A stretch of DNA of 64,000 nt from Alphaproteobacteria bacterium (GCA_024413465.1 JAKSVU010000001.1:159820-223819), one strand, 5' to 3'; positions 30,253-39,271 are shown, numbered from the stretch's first letter. Notes: a model not told the origin generated them from the letters alone. Made by a program: numbers and translations.

Positions 30253-31071
30253 TTATGGTAAATTTGGTAAAGATTCTTGTAATCGTCCACCATATCTAAT
30301 CATAAATATTTTTTCTGCTAATCCTGTTTTATCATCAGTATCTACTAAAACACCACAAACAGTAGCATCTCCTTTTGCAGGCTCATATTTTCCCTTTCTC
30401 CTATTAGTTAAATATCTATAAATAGGTTCTTCTTTCTGCATACCAATCACCGAATCGAAACAACCGCACATTCCTGAGTCTGTTTGATAAGCTGTTCCAT
30501 TCGGCAATATTTGCACATCAGCAGTCGGAATATGTGTATGTGTTCCTACAACCAAACTAACCTTTCCATCAATAAATTGAGCCAATGCCATTTTTTCACT
30601 AGTTGCTTCACCATGAATGTCAACAACCAATGCATCAACATTTTTTCCCAATATTAATCTTTTAGTCCAATTTTCTGCACATCTAAAAGGATCATCACTA
30701 GCCCCCATAAACACACGCCCTTGCAAATGTAATACCCCAATCGTCTTTCCTGAACATGTTCTATAAAATCCACATCCTGATCCTGGTACTCCTTCTGGAA
30801 AATTTGCTGGTCTTAATACTTTGGAATTAGTATTAAACACTTCTTCCATTTCTTGAGCTTCCCATCCATGATTTCCACTTGTTATGACATCAGCTCCTAC
30901 AGAAAATAAATCAGCACACACTCCCTTTGTCAAACCAAAGCCATGCGCAGCATTGTCACCATTTATTATTGTAAAATCAACCTTATACTTTTTTTTAAAA
31001 GACGGCAGTGTTTGTTGAATTAAATTTCTTCCTGCTTGTCCGACAACATCACCTAAAAATAATATTCTCAT
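30253..31071 (-). CDS. YmdB-family metallophosphoesterase (2',3'-cNMP phosphodiesterase-like)
   Basis: MRILFLGDVVGQAGR...GNHGWE, and the GDN/GNH metal-binding blocks of the TIGR00282 family. Confidence 0.6.
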   Translation of the reverse strand: MRILFLGDVVGQAGRNLIQQTLPSFKKKYKVDFTIINGDNAAHGFGLTKGVCADLFSVGADVITSGNHGWEAQEMEEVFNTNSKVLRPANFPEGVPGSGCGFYRTCSGKTIGVLHLQGRVFMGASDDPFRCAENWTKRLILGKNVDALVVDIHGEATSEKMALAQFIDGKVSLVVGTHTHIPTADVQILPNGTAYQTDSGMCGCFDSVIGMQKEEPIYRYLTNRRKGKYEPAKGDATVCGVLVDTDDKTGLAEKIFMIRYGGRLQESLPNLP

Positions 31072-31652
31072 TTTTGTATTTCAAAATATCCTTTTTCAGT
31101 AAGAATTCCATCCATTTTTTCATCAAATTTTTGAAATGGAACTGCCTCAATCATCTGTGAAAAATAACCGATTCCTACTACTTTTAAAACTTTTTTTTCT
31201 ATTTTTTTTATGTAATTGATTGTTATATCATAGTATCCGCCACCATATCCCAAACGATACCCTTTTAAATCAAAAGCAAGAAATGGAACAAACAAAACAT
31301 CTGGTACAACTTCTTTTTTATTTTTTTTAGGTTCAAAAATATTAAACTTTCCCATTTTTAAATCATCCGTAGTATCGAACATCCGAAATATAAGTTTTTT
31401 ATCTTCTTTTTCTTCACTGACAACTGGTAATGATATTTTAAACCCCTCCATATGTAATTTCTCAATTACGAATTTTACATTAAATTCATCATTTTTAGGC
31501 CAATAAAAACCTAAGATTTGATGTTCTAACAAATGAAGTTTTGGAATGTATTCTAAAACTTTTCTTTCGGAGGATAATCTGTATTCATCTGTAAAAGAAG
31601 CTCGAAGATTTCGAGCTTTGTTTCTACATAATTTTTTTTCAAATTCAATCAT
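31068..31652 (-). CDS. ygfA: 5-formyltetrahydrofolate cyclo-ligase (MTHFS)
   Basis: GYRLGYGGGYYD signature. The start is trimmed to the ATG at 31652..31650 (MIEFEKKLCRNKARNLR). The longer start in the ORF track would read through the conserved ncRNA just upstream. Confidence 0.65.
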   Translation of the reverse strand: MIEFEKKLCRNKARNLRASFTDEYRLSSERKVLEYIPKLHLLEHQILGFYWPKNDEFNVKFVIEKLHMEGFKISLPVVSEEKEDKKLIFRMFDTTDDLKMGKFNIFEPKKNKKEVVPDVLFVPFLAFDLKGYRLGYGGGYYDITINYIKKIEKKVLKVVGIGYFSQMIEAVPFQKFDEKMDGILTEKGYFEIQK

Positions 31653-31671
31653 AGTTATTTTAATAACAAAA

Positions 31672-31868
31672 AAAGTGAAGACTGCATAGACCGTAAATAA
31701 ACAACGCTTCGCGTGGGCCGCAATGTTATAAAATGGGAAAAGCATTAAGGCAAATCAGAACTAAATAAAAAATAAAGCTCATCAAATACCCCTAGAGGAT
31801 TCTCCCTATAAAAAAGGTGTTGACCCCGACTACCTGCGGAAAACTACAAATCAAGAAGTCTTCGTATT
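31672..31868 (-). ncRNA. ssrS: Candidate 6S RNA (SsrS)
   Basis: The ~190-nt GC-richer non-coding stretch between zapA and ygfA is the canonical gammaproteobacterial ssrS locus. Its 5' end (GAAGACU, + coords 31857-31863) pairs perfectly with its 3' end (AGUCUUC, 31677-31683), enclosing ~187 nt. Internal complementary blocks (UUUCCGCAGG / UUGCGGCCC) are consistent with a long irregular hairpin with a central bubble. Confidence 0.55.
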
Positions 31869-31872
31869 AATT

Positions 31873-32205
31873 TTATGCATTTTCGATTATAAGTGCAAGA
31901 TTAGAAATTTGATTTGACGCTTTTTCTATTGAATTTACTGTATTTTCAACATCTTCTTGAGATAGCATGTTTTTTTCTTGATTTAATATTAACTCATCAC
32001 ATTTATCAGATAATTCTCCAATAGCAATTAAAGCTCCCATAACCAATGCCATAGAATCATTCATCAAATGACCATTCTTGATCATTAAAACCTTTTCATT
32101 CAATAGTGAAGCTATTTTTTGTAATTTTACTTCTTGACCATCCCCACAAGCAAATGTATATGACTGTCCACCTATTATTATATTTACTTTAGCCATCAGA
32201 ATCAT
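31873..32205 (-). CDS. zapA: Cell division protein ZapA
   Basis: VNIIIGGQSYTFACGDGQE...ALVMGALIAIGEL follows the ZapA pattern (V.I.i.G..Y.l.c...E...l...A.). Confidence 0.65.
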   Translation of the reverse strand: MILMAKVNIIIGGQSYTFACGDGQEVKLQKIASLLNEKVLMIKNGHLMNDSMALVMGALIAIGELSDKCDELILNQEKNMLSQEDVENTVNSIEKASNQISNLALIIENA

Positions 32206-32824
32206 CCCCCCTTAAAATTTTTAATTCATCAAGAAGTGCATCAATTCGACTCTGTGCTGTTTGTGATGCTTCTTTCAAAAGAGTGTATTCTCTAAATGTT
32301 GCTTCTTGTTCAACGGATATTGCTTCTTTTTCTTGTTCTAACTGTTTTTTCTGATTATTTAAATTTTCTATTTCTTTTTCTAATTCTACCTTTTCTGCTT
32401 TTACCTTTTCAATTTCTAAATTTGAATCCATATTTTGGACCTGATTTTTTAATTCTTCTAATTTAGTTTCAGCATCAATTTTAGCTTGAACGAGTTGCGG
32501 TCTTTCTTGAGCCCAAGAATCCCTAAATTTATGGAATTGATCTCTTTCTCCTAACAGCTGATTTTTCTCAGCTATCAATCTATTTCTAGCATTTGTAAGT
32601 TCTTGTTTCTGCTGTTTTAATCGTTCTATTTCATCTATACTTGAAATAGCTTCTTTATTCTGCAAATTCATCTCTTCTATTTTTTTATTAGCAACAATTA
32701 AATTTTCTCTCAATACAAAAGTATTTTGACGCTCTTCTTTTAATTTTTCAGACAAATCTTCCAATTTTTGAACTGCAACCGACAGTTTTTCTAGAGCAGA
32801 AGCTAATTGTTTTTTTAATTCCAC
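32189..32824 (-). CDS. Coiled-coil protein (possibly cell-division associated)
   Basis: Almost entirely heptad-repeat and E/K/Q-rich sequence. Overlaps the zapA start. Confidence 0.35.
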   Translation of the reverse strand: MELKKQLASALEKLSVAVQKLEDLSEKLKEERQNTFVLRENLIVANKKIEEMNLQNKEAISSIDEIERLKQQKQELTNARNRLIAEKNQLLGERDQFHKFRDSWAQERPQLVQAKIDAETKLEELKNQVQNMDSNLEIEKVKAEKVELEKEIENLNNQKKQLEQEKEAISVEQEATFREYTLLKEASQTAQSRIDALLDELKILRGDDSDG

Positions 32825-32907
32825 GATTTTTGTTCCTATCTAATAATTACTTGTTGATTTTAGAATAAAATTTCAATTAGATTAAAGCAATACTTTTAAT
32901 AGAATAA

Positions 32908-33366
32908 TTGAGGATTTTTATGCAACAATTTAAATTTTATATTCTAGATACAGAAAATTTTGAGGAAATAAAAAACAAACTAAATGAATTAAAAAATGCC
33001 GATGTACTTTATTACACAAGAAGTGCGCATATAAACCAAATTAAAAAAATTGTCCAAGAAAAAAATATTGCATTTCTAACAAACAATGAAACCTATGCCT
33101 ACAAATTTGATGTTGATGGCTTGATACTTCCCTTTCAAAAAAAAATAAAAAACATTAAACAAAAACTTAAAGACAAGGCTCTCGGAATCTTATGTCAAAA
33201 TAGAGATGAAGCTATGCATGCTGGAGAAGATGGTGCAGATTTTATTATATTTTACGGAGATAAAGTTCAAGAACTAATTCCATGGTGGACTGAATTATTC
33301 ACTCTACCATGTTTATCATTAGATCATACTAATAATTTGGCTGATTTTTTTGTTTACAAAGTTTAA
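32908..33366 (+). CDS. Hypothetical protein, weak ThiE/TMP-synthase-like fold signal
   Basis: GEDGADFIIFYGD loosely resembles the GADYIG block of thiamine-phosphate synthase-like TIM barrels. Low confidence. Confidence 0.25.
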   Translation: MRIFMQQFKFYILDTENFEEIKNKLNELKNADVLYYTRSAHINQIKKIVQEKNIAFLTNNETYAYKFDVDGLILPFQKKIKNIKQKLKDKALGILCQNRDEAMHAGEDGADFIIFYGDKVQELIPWWTELFTLPCLSLDHTNNLADFFVYKV

Positions 33367-33372
33367 AAGAAT

Positions 33373-34422
33373 TTACTGAACTGGAGCCCATAAAACATCA
33401 TCTATTTTTTCTGCTCCTGTTATCAACATAACCAACCGATCAACACCGATTGCAATGCCTGTAGCTTTTGGCATTTTGGAAACAGCAGCAATAAAATCAT
33501 CATCTATTGGATATCTTTCTCCATATAATTTCTCCTTTAAATCCATATCATGAATAAAACGCTGTCTTTGCTCATCAGCATCTGTTAATTCTGAAAAAGC
33601 ATTAGCTAGTTCTATTCCCGCAGCATAGACTTCGAATCTTTCTGCCAATCTAGGATCTGATGATTTTTTTCTAGATAAAGCGGCCATACAAACTGGATAA
33701 TCATACAAAATTGTTGGAACTTTTTTTCCAAGATTTGGTTCAACAAATTCGTACGCAATTCTAAAATAAATATCATCCCATCTATCTTCTGAATTAATAC
33801 GAATACCTAAATTTTCAGCTTCTATCGCTAATTTTTCTGGAGATGGTTCCAATGATGGTTCCTTTGGCAAAGTATCAAGTAGATCAAAACCAGCATATTT
33901 TTTTATAGCTTCAACAACGGAAATTTTTTCCCAATTCTCAAAGGGATTACAAAATCTATCTCCACTTTTTAAAAATTCTTTTTTGCAAACTTTGGTACAA
34001 GATCTAACAAGATTAATTGTATCTTCCATAAGTATTCTATAATCATCATTTGCCCTATACCATTCAAGCATGTCAAATTCAGGATGATGATATTTCGACC
34101 GTTCCTCATTTCTGAAAACTCTCGCAATCTGAAAAATTTTCGGTAATCCCGCTGCTAATAATTTTTTCATAGTAAATTCTGGAGATGTATGTAAATACAA
34201 ATCTCTATTACCTGTTTCAAAAGGTTCATAAATTTCTGTTTTAAATGCTTTTAAATGAGGTTCCAATCCTGGTGAAATCTGTAAAATAGGAGTCTCAACT
34301 TCCAAAAAATCATTTCTTGAAAAAAAATTTCTAATTTCAGAAATAATAAGCATTCGTTGTTTTAAGAACACCATTTTATTTTGATAATCACTCGGATACC
34401 AAAAAGGAATTTTACCTTTCAT
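33373..34422 (-). CDS. epmA: EF-P-(R)-beta-lysine ligase EpmA (truncated class II LysRS paralogue PoxA/GenX)
   Basis: Class II aaRS motifs (FLEVETPIL; motif 2/3 region GIAIGVDRLVML) without an anticodon-binding domain. 349 aa. Confidence 0.8.
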   Translation of the reverse strand: MKGKIPFWYPSDYQNKMVFLKQRMLIISEIRNFFSRNDFLEVETPILQISPGLEPHLKAFKTEIYEPFETGNRDLYLHTSPEFTMKKLLAAGLPKIFQIARVFRNEERSKYHHPEFDMLEWYRANDDYRILMEDTINLVRSCTKVCKKEFLKSGDRFCNPFENWEKISVVEAIKKYAGFDLLDTLPKEPSLEPSPEKLAIEAENLGIRINSEDRWDDIYFRIAYEFVEPNLGKKVPTILYDYPVCMAALSRKKSSDPRLAERFEVYAAGIELANAFSELTDADEQRQRFIHDMDLKEKLYGERYPIDDDFIAAVSKMPKATGIAIGVDRLVMLITGAEKIDDVLWAPVQ

Positions 34423-34520
34423 AAAAAGCTCCTCTAAAAATTCTTGCTTAAAAAAAATGAATCTGTTATTTATTGCGTAAATATATCTTTTTTTACTTTT
34501 TATACAAGGAAAATAACGTC

Positions 34521-35084
34521 ATGAAAATGCAAGCAAATCAAATTCGTCCAGGTTGGGTTATCGACTACAATGGTAAACAATGTTTGGTTACCCATATTGA
34601 CTTAGTAATTCCTGGCAAGGGAAATGCAACAATTCAAGTAGAAATGCGCGATGTTGCAACTGGAGTAAAGACAGAACAACGTTGGAGAACTGCTGATACA
34701 GTCGAAAAATTAATGAGTGAAGATCGTGATTGTACATTTTTATTCTCAGATGGGACAGATTTAACATTTATGATGGTTGACACTTACGATCAGTTTACTG
34801 TTTCAAAAGAATTGTTAGGAGATCGTGCTGCTTATTTACAAGACAATATGGAAGTTGTTGTTCAATTCATTGAAGGTCGTCCTGTTAGTGTAGAATTACC
34901 AGCAAAGGTTGTTCAAACTGTTGTTGAAACAGAACCTGTAATTAAAGGTCAAACAGTATCATCTTCTTACAAACCAGCTGTTTTAGACAATGGTTTACGT
35001 ATTGGAGTTCCTCCATTTGTTGATACTGGTGATAAGATTGTTGTCTCCACAATTGATAACACTTATGTAGAAAGAGCAAAATAG
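34521..35084 (+). CDS. efp: Elongation factor P
   Basis: MKMQANQIRPGWVIDYNGK...VIPGKGNATIQVEMRDV, with the modifiable Lys in the PGKGNA loop. Start placed at the ATG at 34521, which has an aagga SD. The ORF track's 34473 start adds 16 atypical codons. Confidence 0.9.
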   Translation: MKMQANQIRPGWVIDYNGKQCLVTHIDLVIPGKGNATIQVEMRDVATGVKTEQRWRTADTVEKLMSEDRDCTFLFSDGTDLTFMMVDTYDQFTVSKELLGDRAAYLQDNMEVVVQFIEGRPVSVELPAKVVQTVVETEPVIKGQTVSSSYKPAVLDNGLRIGVPPFVDTGDKIVVSTIDNTYVERAK

Positions 35085-35095
35085 GATTTTCTTTA

Positions 35096-36175
35096 ATGCC
35101 GAAAATTTCATCAAGACCTTCAAGCCCAACAATGCGTAGGTCAACTGCGAGAAAAGTCATTGGCGAAGGATTATCCTCTGAACGGAAAATTCAAGATCAG
35201 ATTAGACAAGAGCAGGAAGATACGAAGAATCGTATGGTAGCAGCTTTACAGAGAAAACAATCGGAATTGAATTCATCAAAAGATGAAATACGGCCGAGGT
35301 CTACTTTCTTGAAAAAAGATCCTGTTGTTGCTTTTAGAGAAAATAGACAGGACAGATTCATATCGTCTCTTTCTGCTAATCTAAATGTCATGATTCAAGC
35401 TGTTCAAAAAGCTGGACGAAATTTAATTAGAGATTTTGGAGAATTAGAAAATCTACAAGTTTCACAAAAAGGAGCTGCTGATTTTGCTTCTTCTGCTGAT
35501 ATCAATACAGAAAAGACTTTACGAGAGTATCTGTTAAAAGTTCGACCACGTTATGGATTTTTACAGGAAGAAAGTGGTGAAATTGCCGGGTTAGACACAT
35601 CACACAGATGGATAATAGATCCTCTAGATGGAACAACGAACTTTCTTCATGCTATTCCTCATTTTGCAATTTCTCTAGCATTACAAGAAGATCAAGAGAT
35701 TATTGCTGGAGTTATTTACAACCCAATAACTAATGATTTATATTATGCAGAAAAAGGAAATGGAGCTTGGGCTTTGACTCCATCTGGGTCAACGAGACTT
35801 CATGTTTCTGGTCGTACAAACTTAAATGAAGCCCTTGTAGCAACTGGAATTCCTTATTTAGGACATGGAGATACAACCTTATTTAAAAGGCAACTTGATA
35901 TCATGATGAAATCAACCTGTGGAGTTCGTCGCATGGGAGCTGCTTCTTTGGATTTGGCATATCTTGCTGCCGGAAAATTTGAATGTTATTGGGAAAAAGA
36001 CATAAAACCATGGGACATTGCTGCTGGTTTGTTACTTGTAAAGGAAGCTGGTGGTAGAATTTGTGATTTTGATGGTGAAGAAAGTTTCAAACATATATTA
36101 AATTCTAACACTGTTATTGCAACAAATTCATACCAGTATGATTCATTTAGGAAAATACTTCTTGAAACATTGTAA
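35096..36175 (+). CDS. suhB: Inositol monophosphatase family protein (SuhB-like)
   Basis: Catalytic blocks WIIDPLDGTTNFLH and DIAAGLLLVKEAGG. The ORF carries a ~98-codon R/S/K-rich N-terminal extension. The homology-supported start is the ATG at 35390. Confidence 0.8.
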   Translation: MPKISSRPSSPTMRRSTARKVIGEGLSSERKIQDQIRQEQEDTKNRMVAALQRKQSELNSSKDEIRPRSTFLKKDPVVAFRENRQDRFISSLSANLNVMIQAVQKAGRNLIRDFGELENLQVSQKGAADFASSADINTEKTLREYLLKVRPRYGFLQEESGEIAGLDTSHRWIIDPLDGTTNFLHAIPHFAISLALQEDQEIIAGVIYNPITNDLYYAEKGNGAWALTPSGSTRLHVSGRTNLNEALVATGIPYLGHGDTTLFKRQLDIMMKSTCGVRRMGAASLDLAYLAAGKFECYWEKDIKPWDIAAGLLLVKEAGGRICDFDGEESFKHILNSNTVIATNSYQYDSFRKILLETL

Positions 36176-36190
36176 TTAGGAGTTATTGAC

Positions 36191-37204
36191 TTGAGAGTCA
36201 TTTATTTTCTATTAGCATCATTTTTGATATCATTAAAAGTAAATGCTCAAGTAACATTAAACTTTGATGATTTGTCAGAAGATTTTATATCTGAAAAAAA
36301 AGTGGAGCATTCTCAAAAAATACAATTAACTCCAATTTCTCATGAAGAAACAGGAAAAAAACATGAGAAGAGTAAAGTTGTTGTAAAGAAAAGTAATGTA
36401 AAGAAAGAGAGTGTACAACCTTCTCAGAAACAGCAATCTCAAAAAAAGAATTACATTGTAAAAGAACAAGAGAAAGAAGATGCTCATGATAAATTGAAAC
36501 CTCGTTCAGAACCAGTTCCTGTTGTAAAAGTTCAAGAAATTGAAAAACAGGTTGAAGAGATTTTATCTACAAAAAAATTAAATAGTTCTGAAAATGTGGT
36601 GCAAAAAGAAAATCAAGAAAAAACTATACTAGAACTGAAAACTTCAGAAAAACATGATGACGTTTCAGAAACGAAATTTTCTGTGAAAAAGGATGATAAT
36701 TCAGTAATACTGGAAAAAAAAGAACACCTTGCGTTTAAAGAGAAAGAACAAAGGGTTAATTCTTTTTATCCGGATAAGAAGTCATCTATTTTATCTGTGA
36801 ATGAGAATAATCTTCAAAAAAGATCTGATGCCTTAAAAAAGTTTATTCCGACAGATTCAAAAACTTTTTTTGATATACAAAAAGAAAAGTATCTTTATTT
36901 GGTATTTGTATTTGAAAAAAAATCTTCACATTTAACAGAGGATATGGAATCTTGGATAGATAAAATTTCACTTGAATTACAAAAAAATAAGAAACTTAAT
37001 TTAATAATCTATTCTTACAGTGGCCCAACAGATCCAGAATATGGAAGGGAACATCACTTATCACTTCAAAGAGCCCTTCGAGTTCGTTCAGGTTTTTCAA
37101 GGAGAGGTATTACAATTCATCGTATTTCATACCGTTCTTGGGGAAAAATTGGTGCAGGAAATGAATATCCTGACCGTGTGGATCTTCTAATTCATGCAAA
37201 ATAA
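36191..37204 (+). CDS. Secreted K/E-rich protein with a degenerate C-terminal OmpA-like peptidoglycan-binding domain
   Basis: TTG start with an aggag SD. Signal peptide ends ...KVNA/QV. C-terminal IIYSYSGPTDPEYGREHHLSLQRALRVRSGFSRRGI...RVDLLI parallels the OmpA_C pattern (GHTD..G...N..LS..RA..V...L...G). Confidence 0.5.
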   Translation: MRVIYFLLASFLISLKVNAQVTLNFDDLSEDFISEKKVEHSQKIQLTPISHEETGKKHEKSKVVVKKSNVKKESVQPSQKQQSQKKNYIVKEQEKEDAHDKLKPRSEPVPVVKVQEIEKQVEEILSTKKLNSSENVVQKENQEKTILELKTSEKHDDVSETKFSVKKDDNSVILEKKEHLAFKEKEQRVNSFYPDKKSSILSVNENNLQKRSDALKKFIPTDSKTFFDIQKEKYLYLVFVFEKKSSHLTEDMESWIDKISLELQKNKKLNLIIYSYSGPTDPEYGREHHLSLQRALRVRSGFSRRGITIHRISYRSWGKIGAGNEYPDRVDLLIHAK

Positions 37205-37219
37205 TCTTTAGGTAATAAA

Positions 37220-38209
37220 ATGATTTTATCCAATAGATATATCTTCAGAATGTTTTTATTTTTGGCTATAATCATTCCTTTTATCGTTATTTTTTTTCCA
37301 ACAATAAATAGTATCTTTTGTACAAATCTAATTTTAAATGGACTTATCATTTTAGCTCTGCTAATTGGGATATTTATTAATTTTAAAACAGTTATTAGTC
37401 TTCGAAAAGAGATTCGATGGGCAAACACCACCCCCTTAGATTTATCTGATTTATCAATCAAACCTTTAAAATTATTGTCACCACTGGCTTTTTTATTAAG
37501 AAACAACAAAGCAAAAGGGAATGCTGTTATTTCACCAACGATAGCCAGAACAGTGCTAGATTCTGTTTCGATGAGGATGGATGAAATTAGAGATATTTCG
37601 AGATATTTGACAGGATTGACAACTTTTTTAGGATTGTTAGGAACATTTTGGGGATTGATGGGAACTGTTAGCTCTGTTGGAGATGTTATAACATCACTAA
37701 GTGTCGCAGGAGAAACTGCAATTGAAGCTTTTGATACAATAAAAAAAGGTTTGTCTGCTCCCCTATCAAATATGGGCATTGCTTTTTCATCATCATTATT
37801 AGGGTTAGCCAGTGCTTTGATACTCGGTTTTTTAGACTTACAAGCAAATGGAGCTCAGAATCATTTTTATAATGAACTCGATGAATATCTAGCAAAATTA
37901 ACTAGATATTCCTCATCTATTGGAAATGCTGATGATCAAATTTCTTCAAATGGAGCTTATACAAATGCTTTGTTAGAGCAAATTGTGGAATGTTTATCAG
38001 ACGTCAGGACTCAAATAAACAAAGAAACAACTTTAGAAGAAAGTCAAATTCAAACAGATTTAGATTTTATAAAATACATAAGTAGAATTGACAGAAATTT
38101 GGCACAACTAGATAAAAATGCAGAAAAAAGACAGGAAAATGCTATAAAAGAAATGCGAGACTCCTTCAGAATTTTATCTAGGACGATATCTTCTGGTGAA
38201 GAAAAATAA
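37220..38209 (+). CDS. MotA/TolQ/ExbB-family proton-channel protein
   Basis: N-terminal TM pair, then the MotA_ExbB core (LTTFLGLLGTFWGLMGT...MGIAFSSSLLGLASALILGFLDL), then a ~120-aa cytoplasmic tail. Its stop overlaps the next gene's start (TAATG). Confidence 0.7.
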   Translation: MILSNRYIFRMFLFLAIIIPFIVIFFPTINSIFCTNLILNGLIILALLIGIFINFKTVISLRKEIRWANTTPLDLSDLSIKPLKLLSPLAFLLRNNKAKGNAVISPTIARTVLDSVSMRMDEIRDISRYLTGLTTFLGLLGTFWGLMGTVSSVGDVITSLSVAGETAIEAFDTIKKGLSAPLSNMGIAFSSSLLGLASALILGFLDLQANGAQNHFYNELDEYLAKLTRYSSSIGNADDQISSNGAYTNALLEQIVECLSDVRTQINKETTLEESQIQTDLDFIKYISRIDRNLAQLDKNAEKRQENAIKEMRDSFRILSRTISSGEEK

Positions 38210-39192
38210 TGGATGGAAAATTTTCTAAAAAAAAACAAGTTTTTAACTTTTGGCCAAGTTTTGTTGATGCTTTGTCAAATTTGTTGATAGTTGTTTTATT
38301 TTTTCTTCTTTTATTTGTGATGGCTCATTTTTTTTTAGGAACAAATTTAAATTCTAAAAATAATGAAATAGTAATCTTAAACAATCAAATGGATAATCTT
38401 ATTCAAGAACTTAATTTAGAAAAAAAAGAAAATATAAATCTAAAAAATGATGTAAAAAATTTAAATGAAATCTCTTTAAATCTAAAAAATGATTTAGAAA
38501 ATAAGATTAAGGAAAATGAGCAAATATATACAGAACTTTCAAAGCAAATCAAATCAAATGAAAATTTTCAAAAGGATATTTTGTTTTTAACAAATAAGAC
38601 AACACATTTAAATTCAGAAATTGAAAAATTAAATGATTTACTAAAAAAATCTGAAGAAGACGATAAAAAACAAAAAGCTCAAATTGCTGATTTAGGAAAA
38701 CAATTAAATAAAGCTTTGGCCAAAAAAGCATCTGAATTAGCATATTATCGCTCTAATTTTTTTGGCACATTACGAAAAATATTAAAAGATAGAGAAGATA
38801 TCATTGAAGCTGGTGATCGTTTTATTTTTCAATCTGAACTTTTTTTTAAAAGTGGATCAGATGATTTAGAAGATACTGGCAAAGAAAATTTAAAAATTCT
38901 TGCAAAATCTATTCTCGAATTAGAAAAGCAAATACCCAATAAAATAAATTGGGTTCTGCGCGTTGATGGACATACCGATAACATACCAATTTCCAATGAA
39001 AAATTTGCGTCAAATTGGCATTTATCTGTAGCCAGATCAATTTCAGTTATACAATATTTAATTGAACTTGGAGTGAATCCAAGAAGACTTGTTGCTACTG
39101 GATTTGGAGAATATCAACCTGTTGATAAAAAGAATACTCAAAACGCACGTAAAAAAAATAGAAGAATTGAATTTAAGTTAACAGAAAAATAA
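38209..39192 (+). CDS. MotB-like stator subunit with a long coiled coil and a C-terminal OmpA/MotB peptidoglycan-binding domain
   Basis: N-terminal TM FWPSFVDALSNLLIVVLFF resembles the MotB plug/TM with its conserved Asp (FVD). A ~200-aa heptad-repeat region follows. C-terminus VDGHTDNIPI...NWHLSVARSISV...GFGEYQPV...NRRIEF is the OmpA_C signature. Confidence 0.7.
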   Translation: MDGKFSKKKQVFNFWPSFVDALSNLLIVVLFFLLLFVMAHFFLGTNLNSKNNEIVILNNQMDNLIQELNLEKKENINLKNDVKNLNEISLNLKNDLENKIKENEQIYTELSKQIKSNENFQKDILFLTNKTTHLNSEIEKLNDLLKKSEEDDKKQKAQIADLGKQLNKALAKKASELAYYRSNFFGTLRKILKDREDIIEAGDRFIFQSELFFKSGSDDLEDTGKENLKILAKSILELEKQIPNKINWVLRVDGHTDNIPISNEKFASNWHLSVARSISVIQYLIELGVNPRRLVATGFGEYQPVDKKNTQNARKKNRRIEFKLTEK

Positions 39193-39271
39193 AAAAATTA
39201 ATGTTTATACCTTGAAAATCATTTTTTATTGAGTTATAAGGAGAGTACTTTTTTTTAGTTGGAGCAAAGTT

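Noticed and set aside
31653-31745. Accepting the ORF-track start (31745) for the 5-FCL gene
   Set aside because: The extra 31 codons are hydrophobic junk unlike MTHFS N-termini, and they coincide with the structured, end-paired RNA candidate. The downstream ATG at 31652 gives a conventional N-terminus.
36191-39192. Firm assignment of the MotA/MotB-like operon to the Zorya anti-phage system
   Set aside because: No ZorC/ZorD/ZorE-like partner is present. The A subunit lacks the very long Zorya tail, and the coiled coil is on the B subunit instead. The resemblance is only architectural, and the locus could be a divergent Tol/Exb-type or other stator system.
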